Shown: positions 19,296 to 29,499 of the stretch, one piece after another
How the letters are laid out: every line of letters starts with the position of its first letter
Numbering within the stretch: the first letter of the stretch is position 1
Source: an uncultured Bacillota bacterium
GTDB lineage: Bacteria > Sysuimicrobiota > Sysuimicrobiia > Sysuimicrobiales > Segetimicrobiaceae
Direction: 5' to 3'
Assembly (NCBI GenBank): GCA_963804645.1
Contig: CAWDRG010000001.1
Coordinates: 32,001-96,000 of the forward strand
DNA length: 64,000 bases
The notes under the pieces: generated by a model
Databases searched by the model: none
Told to the model about the DNA's origin: nothing
The model's input: only the letters and a program-made list of their open reading frames with translations
Translations under genes and position numbers: made by a program

Positions 19296-20460
19296 CTACG
19301 GTGACGCCGCGGGCCCGACCCCGCGGCCTTCTGCGCCGGCATCCGCGCCTCCGGCGGCCGGGACGGCCGCCTGATCGAGGCGGAGGTAGGCATCGATGAA
19401 CGAATCGAGCCCGCCGTCGAGGACGGCCTGCACGTTCCCGGTCTCGACGCCGGTGCGGTGATCCTTGACGAGGGTGTACGGCTGCAGGACGTACGACCGG
19501 ATCTGGTTCCCCCACGCCGCGTCGCGGTGCTCGCCCCGCAGCGCCGACATCTTCTGACGCTGCTCGTCTTCGCGGCGCTCCCAGAGGCGGGCCTGCAGCA
19601 GCTTCATCGCGGTGAGCTTGTTGGCGTGCTGCGACCGCTCGTTTTGACACTGTACGACGATCCCGGTAGGCAGGTGCGTGATGCGCACCGCGGTCTCGAC
19701 CTTGTTGACGTTCTGCCCGCCGGCGCCGCCGGCTCGGTAGGTATCCACCCGGAGATCGTCGTCCCGAATCTGCACTTCGGCGGTCTCGATCTCCGGGACG
19801 ACATCGACGAGCGCGAACGACGTGTGCCGCCGGTGCGCCGCGTCGAACGGCGAGATCCGCACCAACCGGTGCACCCCGCGCTCGCCGCGGAGATAGCCGT
19901 ACGCGTTCGGCCCGTAGAGGATGACGGTCGCGCTCTTCACGCCCGCTTCCTCGCCCGGCGAGACGTCGACGAGCTCGGCGCGGTACCCGTGCGTCTCGGC
20001 CCAGCGCAGATACATCCGGAGGAGCATTTCGGACCAGTCTTGGGACTCAGTGCCGCCCGCGCCCGCGTGCACGGACAGAATCGCGTTGCGGGCGTCGTGC
20101 TCGCCGGACAAGAGCGTCGCCAACTCAAACCGGTCGAGCCGCTGGCCGAGGGCGACGATCTCCCGTTCCACATCCGCGAGGGTCGCGGAGTCCTCTCCCA
20201 CGGCGAGGTCGACGAGCTCGCGGAGATCGGCCACCTCGCGCTCGAGGTGTGTCAGCTCGTCGATCCGATCGCGCAGGCCCGCGAGTTCCTGCGAGACCCG
20301 CCGGGCCTGCTCCTGCACATCCCAGAACCCCGGTTGCTGCACCTGACGTTCGAGCTCTGCGATCCGGGCACGCTGCCGGGGAACGTCAAAGATGCCTCCC
20401 GATGCCTCGGAGACGCTCCTCGTACCCATCCAGCGCGCGCCGCAACTCCTCGATCGTCAC
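19296..20460 (-). CDS. prfB: Peptide chain release factor 2, joined by programmed +1 frameshift (20460-20389 then 20387-19296)
   Basis: SPF and GGQ motifs; short upstream frame ends GGGAGG-CAT-CTT-TGA-C. Confidence 0.97.
20385..20400 (-). other. prfB programmed +1 ribosomal frameshift site
   Basis: Internal SD GGGAGG 3 nt before CTT TGA C. Confidence 0.95.
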
Positions 20461-20630
20461 CCACGAACCCCCGACCCGCCGCATTCGCGATCACGCGGCG
20501 CCGTCTTCGCCATTATACCGAAAAGGGACTGGCAGCGAAATACGCGTGGCGCGGCAACTCGCGCCGCACGCGACCGCCATGGCGCGTTGCCAATGACTCC
20601 TGCGGCAGCGCGCACCGCGCCGCCTGGGAT

Positions 20631-21398
20631 CTAGCGAGTCGCCACGAAGAACAGCCTCGGAAACGGCAGCAGCACCACGCCGTCGGCCTGCGCGGGATAG
20701 GCGTGCACCAGGGCCGCCTGGTATTGTGCGAGGAACTCGGTCTGTTCCGCGTCATTCAGCGGCCCAAGAAACGGCCGCAGCCCCGTCCCCTTGAACCACT
20801 CCACCAGCGCCGCATGGTTCACCAGCTGGTGATAGTACGTCGTCCGCCAGATGTCGACCCGTCCGCACCGGCCCCGCAACAGCGCGTAGTACCACTCCGC
20901 GGTGTGCCGCTCCCCATGGGCCAGCTCCGCCCCCGCGAGCTTGCCGCTCCAGGCGGCCGTGTGCGCCAGCGCCCGCATCTCCCGATGCGCCGGTTCCTCG
21001 AGATTGTCCGGCACCTGGACCGCCAGGCTCCCGCCGAGGGCAAGCTTGCCGAGCAGCGTCGGCAGCAACGCCGCATGATCCGGGACCCACTGCAGCACGG
21101 CGTTGGCCAGGATCACACCGAACGGCCCCGGATCGTCCCACCGCGTGATATCGACCAGGGCGAACCGCACCTGCGGCAGCCGCGTGCGCGCCGCCTCGAT
21201 CATCTCCGGCGAACTGTCGAGCCCGGACACCACGGCGCCGGGATAGCGCGCGGCGAGCACCTCCGTCGAATTCCCGGGCCCGCACCCGATATCGACGGCC
21301 CGGCGCACCTCCGCGTCCGGCACGGCGGCAAGCAGGTCGCGCACCGGCCGCGTGCGCTCGGCTTCAAAGGCGACGTATTGCGCGGCGGACCAGGTCAT
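20631..21398 (-). CDS. tam: Trans-aconitate 2-methyltransferase
   Basis: ERTRP..DLL, DIGCGPGNST, NAVLQWVPDH, W.KGTGLRP, FPRLF. Confidence 0.93.
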   Translation of the reverse strand: MTWSAAQYVAFEAERTRPVRDLLAAVPDAEVRRAVDIGCGPGNSTEVLAARYPGAVVSGLDSSPEMIEAARTRLPQVRFALVDITRWDDPGPFGVILANAVLQWVPDHAALLPTLLGKLALGGSLAVQVPDNLEEPAHREMRALAHTAAWSGKLAGAELAHGERHTAEWYYALLRGRCGRVDIWRTTYYHQLVNHAALVEWFKGTGLRPFLGPLNDAEQTEFLAQYQAALVHAYPAQADGVVLLPFPRLFFVATR

Positions 21399-21410
21399 CG
21401 GCGGTTCAAG

Positions 21411-21438
21411 ATTATAGCACTCACCACGGTGGAAGCAA
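21411..21438 (-). promoter_or_regulatory. Sigma70-type promoter for tam
   Basis: TTGCTT-N16-TATAAT with extended -10 TG. Confidence 0.65.
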
Positions 21439-23430
21439 AAAGCCCAGCAGGACCACGCCGACGCCGTGGGCCAGGGCGAGCGCCGGCACTTGCGCCCACC
21501 GCGCGCGGATCAACCCGAACACCGCACCCGCGCACAGGCTCCACACCATCGCCTCCGCGCCCAGCGGCACCGCGGCGGCGACGCCGAGGAGGGTCGACCA
21601 GCAGACGGCGGTCCTCCAGCCGCGCCAGGCGGACGCCGCGTCGAACACGAGCCCCCGGAGCCACCATTCAAACGTCAGCCCCACCACGAGCACCGCGGCG
21701 GCGCTCCCCACCCACCAGCCGCCGGGAGGCGGGGTGAGCACCACCGGCGCCCGGTGCGAGGCGAATCCCTGCAGCGCGAGCCAGTACAATGCGCCGACAG
21801 CCGCGAGCGCCGCGGCGCCGGCCGGCACACACCCCCGGAGCTGCAGCCCGAGGCGCCGAAGCGGCAGGCCGCGGCTAAGCGCCGCGGTCGCGCCGAGCGC
21901 GGCGAGCACGGGAATCAGCGCGGCCGCCCCGCCCCCGGGGCCGAGCGCGTGCACCGCCCACCGGACGGCGCCGAGCACGGCCAGCGGCACCAGCGATACC
22001 GCGATCAGGCGGCTAAACGGCGCGCCCGCCGGACCGCGGAACTCGTCGGCGGCCCTCGGGACGAGCAGGAGCACCGCCGCGAGGAGCGCGGCCCAGCCCA
22101 CCACGTCGCCGACGCGCGCGTAGATCGTGAGAGCGGTCTCGGCCGCGACGGGTGCCTCCGCGACGCCGGACAGCCCCGTACCCAGATGCGAGAGCACGCG
22201 GCCGCGCGGATCGATGATCTCGCTCACCCCCCGGTTCGCCGCGCGCAGCACGTAGCGCCCTTCCTCGATGGCGCGCAGCGGCGCGATCGCCGCGTGCTGC
22301 TCGGCGGCCCGCGGCCCGGCAAACCACTGGTCGTTCGTCTGCACCGCGAGCAGGACGGCCCCGTCGCGGACGCTGCGACGGGCCAGGTCCGGGAAGATGC
22401 TCTCAAAGCAGATCGCGATCCCGATCGGGCCCTCGGGGGTGGGCAGCACGCCGGGGCCGGTCCCGGCCCGCTCGCCGAACTCCGCGAACGGCACGAGCCG
22501 CGTCTTGTCGTAGCGTCCCGCGAGGAATCCGTCCGGAGCGAAGGCGAACGCGGAGTTGGTCACGCCGCCTTCGAGACTGCTCGCCACGAGCGCGATCCGG
22601 CCGTCACGGGCCCACCCGCCGAACTGCATCAGCGCCTGCGGATTGCCGGCGATGTCCACCGGCGATGCGGTCTCGGGCCACACGACGAGTCGCGCGCCGA
22701 TCCGCACCGCCTGGCGCGTGAGCAGCTCGAGCTCAGCCAGTCGGGCCGGCCCGTCCAGCGCTGCCCGTCCCGGCGTCGTCTCGTACGCCGTCTGCACGAC
22801 GGCTGCCAGGAACGGCGGCGACGCGCCGCGCATCGCCGCGGGCGACTGCAGCGTCTCGGTGCCCCACCCCCAGGCGAGCGCCAGGACGGCGGCGCTCGCG
22901 AGCACGACGGTGGGGCTCACGCGCAGCACAAGCAGCCGCGCGAGCACGACGTTGGCGAGCACCACGAGGAACGTGAGGCCGAAGACGCCGCCGATCGATG
23001 CCACCTGCGCCACGGCGAGCGCGGCGTGCTGCGATTCCCCAAGCAGCGCCCACGGAAACCCGAGCGGGCCCTGGCTGCGGAGGAACTCGGCCGCGGTCCA
23101 GAGCACGGGGATCCACAGCACGTCGGCGGGACGGCCGCGGTCGGCCCACGCCGCGACGCCGAACACCGAGGCCGGGACGAGCGCGAGCAGGCAGGCGGCC
23201 AACGCCCACGCGCCCACGCCGAACGCGGTCAGCCACCACAGGACGGCGCCGAACGCGACAACACCCCACAGGTAGCCGAGCCGGAACGCCGCGCGGGGCG
23301 CCGCGTCCAGCACGGCGAGCACGAGGGGCACGAGCGCCACCCACGCCAGCCATCCGAGGTCGTACGGGGGGAACGCCGCCGCGAAAGCGGCGGCCGAGAC
23401 GGCGGCGGCGAGCGCGCGCCGCCAGGTCAC
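21421..23430 (-). CDS. lnt: Apolipoprotein N-acyltransferase with an extra C-terminal CPBP/Abi-like membrane domain
   Basis: GFPW; catalytic triad VVWPET (E), YDK.RLVPF.E (K), ICFES (C); TND.WF, RAIE; about 190 extra hydrophobic residues at the C-terminus. Confidence 0.9.
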   Translation of the reverse strand: MTWRRALAAAVSAAAFAAAFPPYDLGWLAWVALVPLVLAVLDAAPRAAFRLGYLWGVVAFGAVLWWLTAFGVGAWALAACLLALVPASVFGVAAWADRGRPADVLWIPVLWTAAEFLRSQGPLGFPWALLGESQHAALAVAQVASIGGVFGLTFLVVLANVVLARLLVLRVSPTVVLASAAVLALAWGWGTETLQSPAAMRGASPPFLAAVVQTAYETTPGRAALDGPARLAELELLTRQAVRIGARLVVWPETASPVDIAGNPQALMQFGGWARDGRIALVASSLEGGVTNSAFAFAPDGFLAGRYDKTRLVPFAEFGERAGTGPGVLPTPEGPIGIAICFESIFPDLARRSVRDGAVLLAVQTNDQWFAGPRAAEQHAAIAPLRAIEEGRYVLRAANRGVSEIIDPRGRVLSHLGTGLSGVAEAPVAAETALTIYARVGDVVGWAALLAAVLLLVPRAADEFRGPAGAPFSRLIAVSLVPLAVLGAVRWAVHALGPGGGAAALIPVLAALGATAALSRGLPLRRLGLQLRGCVPAGAAALAAVGALYWLALQGFASHRAPVVLTPPPGGWWVGSAAAVLVVGLTFEWWLRGLVFDAASAWRGWRTAVCWSTLLGVAAAVPLGAEAMVWSLCAGAVFGLIRARWAQVPALALAHGVGVVLLGFLLPPW

Positions 23431-23461
23431 TTGGTGGAGCGCCTACATCCGAGCCGGCCGA

Positions 23462-26140
23462 TCACTCGCCGCGGCCGTGGCACTTCTTGTATTTCTTGCC
23501 GCTCCCGCAGGGACACGGATCGTTGCGCCCGACCTTCGCGACGTGCACCTGGGTCGCGGTCCCGCCTCCGCGGCTGGCCGGCCGCGGACGCTCCGCGTCG
23601 CCGGCGCCGCGCTCGCCCGTCACCCGGTACGCCGGCCGTTCCAGCTTCCGCAGGGGGGCCGCCGCGGGCGCCTCGTCCGTCCGGGCCGCGGCGGGGAGCG
23701 GCTGCACCTGCACGAGGTACAGGAACCGGACGGTCTCTTCCTGAACCTCCTGCTTCATCTGCTCGAACAGCGCGTAGCCTTCCTTCTGATACTCGATGAG
23801 CGGGTTCGCCTGCCCGTAGGCGCGCAGCCCGATGCCCTCCCGCAGCGCGTCCATCGCGTACAGGTGGTCGATCCACTTCCGGTCCAGGGTCTGCAGCAGG
23901 ATGATGCGCTCAAGCTCGCGCATCGTCTCGGGGCCGACTGTCTGCTCCTTCGCTTCGTACGCGGCCAGCGCCGCGGCGACCAGCCGCTCGGAGATCTCCC
24001 CGGCGCTCGCGCCGCGCAGCGACTCCGCCGTCACGTCGTCCGCCAGCGGGATGATGACGCGGAGCTCTTGGACCAGCCCGTCGAGATCCCACTCCTCCTG
24101 CCGCATCTCCGTCGAGCAGACGCTCTGGACGAGATCGTCCACGAGCTGCGCGATGAAATCCATGATGTTGTCGCGCAGGCTCGCGTCCTCGAGCATCTTG
24201 CGCCGCTCGCCGTAGATCACCTGGCGCTGGACGTTCATCACGTCGTCGTACTCGAGCACGTGCTTGCGGACGTCGAAGTGGTACGACTCGACCTTCTTCT
24301 GCGCGTTCTCGATCTGCCGCGTCACCAGCGTGGCCTCGATCGGGACGTCGTCCTCGATCCCGAGCCGCTCCATGATCCCGGCGATCCGCTCGCCGGCGAA
24401 CAGGCGCATCAGCTCGTCGTCCAGCGCGACGAAAAACCGCGAGGAGCCGGGGTCGCCCTGGCGCCCGGCGCGGCCGCGCAGCTGGTTGTCGATCCGCCGC
24501 GCCTCGTGCCGCTCGGTGCCGACGATGTGCAGACCGCCGAGCGCCCGCACTTTCTCGCCGTCGGCCGGATCCGGCGGATTGCCGCCGAGGATGATGTCCA
24601 CGCCGCGCCCGGCCATGTTGGTCGCGATCGTGACGGCCCCCGACCGGCCCGCCTGGGCGATGATCTCCGCCTCCTGCTCGTGGAACTTCGCATTGAGGAC
24701 CTTGTGCGGGATGCCGCGCCGGCGCAGCATGCCCGCCACAGCCTCGCTCTTCTCGATCGACCGCGTGCCGACGAGCACCGGGCGGCCCTTCTGATACCAC
24801 TCCGCGATCTCGTCGGCGACCGCCTTCAACTTCGCCTTCTCGTGCTTGTAGACCAGGTCGCCCGTGTCCTTGCGAATCATCGGCCGGTCCGTCGGGATCG
24901 TCACGACCGGCAGGTTGTAGATCTGGGTGAGCTCGGCCTCTTCGGTCTTTGCCGTACCGGTCATACCCGCCAGCTTGTCGTACATCCGGAAGTAATTCTG
25001 GAAGGTGATCGTCGCGAGGGTCTGGCTCTCCTTCTCGATCTTCACGCCTTCCTTCGCCTCGATCGCCTGGTGCAGCCCGTCGCTGTACCGGCGCCCGAGC
25101 ATCAGGCGGCCGGTGAACTCGTCGACGATGATCACCTGGCCGTCCTTCACGACGTACTCGACGTCGCGGTGGTACAGCGTGTGGGACCGGAGGGCCTGCT
25201 GGGCATGGTGCATCAGCTCGATGTGCTCGGGATCGGTCAGGTTGTCGATCCCCAGCATCCGCTCCAGCTGGTTCGTGCCTTCCTCGGTGAGCACCGCCGT
25301 CTTGAGCTTCTCGTCCACGTGGTAGTCCCGCTCCTCGACGAGGCGCGGGATCAGCTTCGCGAACTGGTAGTAGGCCTCGATCGACTGCTCGACCTGGCCC
25401 GAGATGATGAGCGGCGTCCGCGCTTCGTCGATCAGGATGAAGTCGACCTCGTCGACGATCGCGTACCGCAGCTCGCGCTGGACCAGATCCTCCCGGCGGA
25501 CCACCATGTTGTCGCGCAGATAGTCAAACCCGAACTCGTTGTTGGTGCCGTACGTGATGTCGGCGAGATAGGCCTCCCGGCGGGACGCGGGGCGGAAGTG
25601 CGTCACCCGCTCGTCGCCGTGGTGGCTTGAGTCCGTGTACGTGGGATCGTAGATCCCGCCGAACTCGTGGGTGATCACCCCCACGCTGATCCCGAGCAGG
25701 TGGTAGATCGGCCCCATCCAGCCCGCGCCGACGCGCGAGAGGTAGTCGTTCGGGGTGACGAGATGGCCCCCGCGCCCTTCCAGCGCGTTGAGCGCGAGCG
25801 GCAGCGTCGCGACGAGCGTCTTGCCTTCGCCGGTCTTCATCTCGGCGATCTTGCCGCTGAACAGCACGGCGCCGCCGATCAGCTGGACGTCGTGATGCCG
25901 CTGGCCGAGCGTCCGCTTGCCGGCCTCGCGCACGAGCGCGAACGTCTCCGCCATCAGGTCGTCGAGGGACTCGCCGTCCCGGGCGCGCCCGCGCAGCTCG
26001 TCCATCTTCGCCCGCAGCGCCTCCGCGGACAGACCCTCCAGCTCCGGCTCGAGCGCGTTCACCTCGCGCACGAGGCTGTCGCGGAGCCGCTTGACAATGC
26101 GCTCGCTGTTATCGCCGAGCAGATTTTGGAACAGCTTCAT
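23462..26140 (-). CDS. secA: Preprotein translocase ATPase SecA
   Basis: [39 protein letters not shown]-terminal [13 protein letters not shown]. Confidence 0.99.
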   Translation of the reverse strand: MKLFQNLLGDNSERIVKRLRDSLVREVNALEPELEGLSAEALRAKMDELRGRARDGESLDDLMAETFALVREAGKRTLGQRHHDVQLIGGAVLFSGKIAEMKTGEGKTLVATLPLALNALEGRGGHLVTPNDYLSRVGAGWMGPIYHLLGISVGVITHEFGGIYDPTYTDSSHHGDERVTHFRPASRREAYLADITYGTNNEFGFDYLRDNMVVRREDLVQRELRYAIVDEVDFILIDEARTPLIISGQVEQSIEAYYQFAKLIPRLVEERDYHVDEKLKTAVLTEEGTNQLERMLGIDNLTDPEHIELMHHAQQALRSHTLYHRDVEYVVKDGQVIIVDEFTGRLMLGRRYSDGLHQAIEAKEGVKIEKESQTLATITFQNYFRMYDKLAGMTGTAKTEEAELTQIYNLPVVTIPTDRPMIRKDTGDLVYKHEKAKLKAVADEIAEWYQKGRPVLVGTRSIEKSEAVAGMLRRRGIPHKVLNAKFHEQEAEIIAQAGRSGAVTIATNMAGRGVDIILGGNPPDPADGEKVRALGGLHIVGTERHEARRIDNQLRGRAGRQGDPGSSRFFVALDDELMRLFAGERIAGIMERLGIEDDVPIEATLVTRQIENAQKKVESYHFDVRKHVLEYDDVMNVQRQVIYGERRKMLEDASLRDNIMDFIAQLVDDLVQSVCSTEMRQEEWDLDGLVQELRVIIPLADDVTAESLRGASAGEISERLVAAALAAYEAKEQTVGPETMRELERIILLQTLDRKWIDHLYAMDALREGIGLRAYGQANPLIEYQKEGYALFEQMKQEVQEETVRFLYLVQVQPLPAAARTDEAPAAAPLRKLERPAYRVTGERGAGDAERPRPASRGGGTATQVHVAKVGRNDPCPCGSGKKYKKCHGRGE

Positions 26141-26322
26141 CGATCATCGCTCCCGCACTCTGGGCGATCGCCCGACGTCCCTACCTCTATAGCTTACGAC
26201 TTCTTAGTATAACGCAGATGGGCGCGGGGATACTCCAGAAAACCGCGTGTCGGACACGACGACCCGGGCCCGGGACGCGGCCGCCCACGCCGGGCAATTC
26301 GGAGACGGTGACGCGACCGTGC

Positions 26323-26979
26323 CTAGCGGGAGCCGAGCCACCCCACGGTCCTGTTGACGGCGTTCAGGGCCGCGCACACCACCGCTTCGCGGGGTTCCTC
26401 GTGGACCACGGCCGAGCCGCTCAGCAACTCCTCGCCGGGTCCCAGCCACGACACCACGACCACGGCGATCTGGTGTGACGCGACCTGCACGATGGACGCC
26501 GACTGCAGAAGGAACAGCGCCTCGGCCCGGAGGTACGTCTCGACCGCCTTCAGCGTCGCCTGGCCGACCAGCTCCAAGAAGTGCGACGCGGCACCCGGAC
26601 CCGACGCGGCGCCTTCATAGATGAGCCCTTTGTGCTCCAACTGCACCCGGACGTCGGCGGACGTCCGCAGCCGCGACACGGCGAGCCCGACGAACTTCAG
26701 GCGGGACCGCACGCCAGGAACCGCCGGATCCGGAGGGCCGCTGCGCTGCGCCGCCACCCGCACCTGGCCCGGCTCCAGGCTGAGGCCGAGTTCAGAGGCG
26801 AGCGCCGCGACCACGTCACCGACGATCACCCGGGGCGTCCGCTCGGCCGACGCGAGCACATGCAGCTGTGCGATCTTGCCGTCATCGCTCAGGTCGACCC
26901 GCACCGCGGACACGCCCCGGAGCCGTCCGACGATCTCTTCCGCCTCACGCGCCAACGACTGATGCCGAGCCTGTTCCAT
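26323..26979 (-). CDS. Conserved hypothetical protein (218 aa)
   Basis: Strong AGGAGG SD; ATL.AV / AALNAVNR repeated helix pattern. Confidence 0.75.
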   Translation of the reverse strand: MEQARHQSLAREAEEIVGRLRGVSAVRVDLSDDGKIAQLHVLASAERTPRVIVGDVVAALASELGLSLEPGQVRVAAQRSGPPDPAVPGVRSRLKFVGLAVSRLRTSADVRVQLEHKGLIYEGAASGPGAASHFLELVGQATLKAVETYLRAEALFLLQSASIVQVASHQIAVVVVSWLGPGEELLSGSAVVHEEPREAVVCAALNAVNRTVGWLGSR

Positions 26980-27089
26980 TGCCCCCTCCTATCCACCCGG
27001 CGTCCCTGCGGGGCACCGGTGGTGCTGGCACATCCACAACGCTCCGCACCCGGGCCCAGAACACGGGCGGGGACGGAATGGCCCTAATG

Positions 27090-27117
27090 ATTCATCCTCC
27101 TGGGGCGCCGCTCCTGT
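27090..27117 (-). promoter_or_regulatory. Sigma-H-like promoter upstream of the hypothetical gene
   Basis: ACAGGA-N18-GAAT. Confidence 0.6.
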
Positions 27118-27134
27118 CTCGTGCCGCCGATATC

Positions 27135-27968
27135 TTACAGATGCCAGCGTTCGCGCAGGCGCGCCAGTCCACCGTTCTGTCCGAGCTGCTGCAGCGCATC
27201 GGCCACGAACCCCGCGAGGTCCGGCGCGCTCTCCGGCGCGATCACGACGAGGGGCACGGTCGCGCCCCCGGCCCCGGCGACGGCCAACCCGCCATGATCG
27301 GCGGCATAGTCTCGAGCCACCGGCTCGTCCACCACCGCGGCCTGCACCCGCCCGGCCTCGAGCGCCGCCAGCGCCTGCTCAGGCAGGTACAGCAGCTCCA
27401 CCGTCGACGCCCCCGCCTGGCCGGCCATTCCGGCGCCCGGACTTCCGGCCACCGCGGCCACACGGAGTCCCCGAAGCCCCGCGACCGAACTCACCGCACC
27501 GCGCCCGTGCGACACGATCGCCTGCCCTACCATCAAGTAGGGCGCGGAGGCGCGGCCGGGCACTGTGCCGGACGGCAGCGCGCCAAGCGCCAGGTCCGCG
27601 CCGGCCGGGACCCCGGCGTGGAGCACCGCGAGCGGCGTATCGACGACCGCGAGATGCACGCCGAGCGCCTGGGCGAGCAGCGTAGCCAGATCGACGTCAA
27701 ATCCTTTCGGCCCGGCGTCATCCCGAAACGCGATCGGAGGATACGACAGATCTGCGGCCACATGCAGCGTGCCGGCCCGCTGGATCCGGGCGATCGTCGG
27801 TCCGGAGGCGCCGACGTGAGGGGCCGGAGGCAGCGACGCGATGTGGGCTCCACATGACGCCAGGGCGAGCACGGCCGCGAGCCACGCCAGCGTCCGCCCC
27901 GCGGGGGGCCCCCACAACGCGCCCCAGCCGTGCCTCCGCCCCCGAACGGACTCGCCCGCCACGCGCAT
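27135..27968 (-). CDS. Amino-acid ABC transporter substrate-binding lipoprotein (family 3)
   Basis: Lipobox LASC; YPPIAF, GFDVDLA, L..GRV.A.V.D. Confidence 0.85.
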   Translation of the reverse strand: MRVAGESVRGRRHGWGALWGPPAGRTLAWLAAVLALASCGAHIASLPPAPHVGASGPTIARIQRAGTLHVAADLSYPPIAFRDDAGPKGFDVDLATLLAQALGVHLAVVDTPLAVLHAGVPAGADLALGALPSGTVPGRASAPYLMVGQAIVSHGRGAVSSVAGLRGLRVAAVAGSPGAGMAGQAGASTVELLYLPEQALAALEAGRVQAAVVDEPVARDYAADHGGLAVAGAGGATVPLVVIAPESAPDLAGFVADALQQLGQNGGLARLRERWHL

Positions 27969-28120
27969 CGACCGCTCTCCCGGGTTGGAACCTGCCTCCG
28001 CCCGATTGGACCCCAACGATTATAGTCTCCCCGTCCCGGGCTGACCAGCAGTTTTGGGCCCGGGAGACCCCGCGGGGCCCGGAGGTCTATTAGACGGCCG
28101 AGACGTGTATAGTATCGCGG

Positions 28121-28519
28121 ATGAGCGTCGCGATGCAGTCCAACAAGAAAGTCCTCTACGCGTGCCGCTACCACGTGGTGTGGTGTCCGAAATATCGGCG
28201 CCCCGTCCTCGTGGACGACGTGCGGGAGCGCCTGGTCGAGATTCTCCACCAGGAAGCGCGGGACCGACACGCCGAGGTGCTCGCGCTCGACGTGATGCCC
28301 GATCACGTGTCGTTGGTCGTCGACGCCGACCCCCAGTTCGGGATTCACCGGCTCGTGAAGCGCCTGAAGGCGCGGTCGTCGCACGATCTGCGCCGCGAGT
28401 TCCCCCACCTGCGGTCCCGCCTCCCGGCGCTGTGGACGCACAGCTATCTCGTGGTCACGATCGGGGGCGCGCGGCCCGCCGCCGTCCGGCGCTACGTCGC
28501 GGCGCAGCGCCACACATAG
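28121..28519 (+). mobile_element. tnpA: IS200/IS605-family Y1 transposase TnpA, solitary, HUH motif reads H-V-S
   Basis: YHVVWCPKYRR, MPDHVS, LK.RSS, LW..SY, YV..Q; no tnpB next to it. Confidence 0.88.
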
Positions 28520-28582
28520 GCGCGACGACGCGGGCGGCGGTCACGGAGGGACGGCCTTCGACGCCGCCGAACACCACCGGCG

Positions 28583-29206
28583 ATGTGGATCAACGTGACG
28601 GGACGCGCGTGGACTCGAGCCTGCGGCGTGCTCTGCGGGCTCGCGATCTTGGGCGTCGCCGGCGTGCTCACGCCTGCGGGCCAGGGGCAGGACACGGTGC
28701 CCTCCTACCCCCTCTACTATGCCTTCCAGATTCCCGCGACCAGGCCGTCGATCCAGATCACGAGCAACGGGTCGAGCACCTCGTACTCGGGCACGTTCAC
28801 CGGCACGCTGGGCGGGCTCCCCGTGAAGAGCGGCACGTTTCAATACGGCGGCACGACCGGCAGCCAGGTCGGCGGCGGCTTCTTCACGCTGGTCACCGAC
28901 GCGGGCGCGGTCCAGAATACCCAGCTGCTGATGTCGGTCGACGGCGCGAGGACGTCCGTGCTGTTCTTTGCCACCTATCTCGGCACGCATCTCGACTTCA
29001 GGCTCAGCGTCGTGGGCATGGCGCTGGGCGGGACGGGGGAGACCGATACCGGGCTGGCGGACACGGGGTTCGCGTCGCAGGACGCGTACGTCGCCGCGGT
29101 GCAGACGGCCGTCGCGTCGCTGCCGGAAGCCACGCGGCAGCAGCTGATCGCAGCCGCCAATACGAACGCGCTCCTGGTCACGCAATTTCAGCAGCGCTCC
29201 CGGTAG
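28583..29206 (+). CDS. Hypothetical secreted protein (Thr/Gly-rich beta domain plus C-terminal helices)
   Basis: Signal-peptide-like N-terminus, coherent codon usage. Confidence 0.75.
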   Translation: MWINVTGRAWTRACGVLCGLAILGVAGVLTPAGQGQDTVPSYPLYYAFQIPATRPSIQITSNGSSTSYSGTFTGTLGGLPVKSGTFQYGGTTGSQVGGGFFTLVTDAGAVQNTQLLMSVDGARTSVLFFATYLGTHLDFRLSVVGMALGGTGETDTGLADTGFASQDAYVAAVQTAVASLPEATRQQLIAAANTNALLVTQFQQRSR

Positions 29207-29499
29207 GACATCACGGTCCCGCCTCGATCCGTGGCGGGCGAGGCAGGACGGTCCGGCATTCCTTCCTCTTGCCGCGGCCTCTGCGCGAGCGGCGAGCCCT
29301 CCAGACGCGACGGTCGAGGTCCAGGGACTGCGGGTCACGACCGATGGCGGTCTGATCGTTGTCCGGGCTGGACGGGCGGTTGGGCTCCAGCCGTCCTCGC
29401 ACAGGACATGAACGATCCGCGGGGGGCGACGGCGAACATGCCGCCCGCGCGGCGGCCGCACCGGGATACCCAGCGATCGTCAACCCGCTGCCGAGGTGA

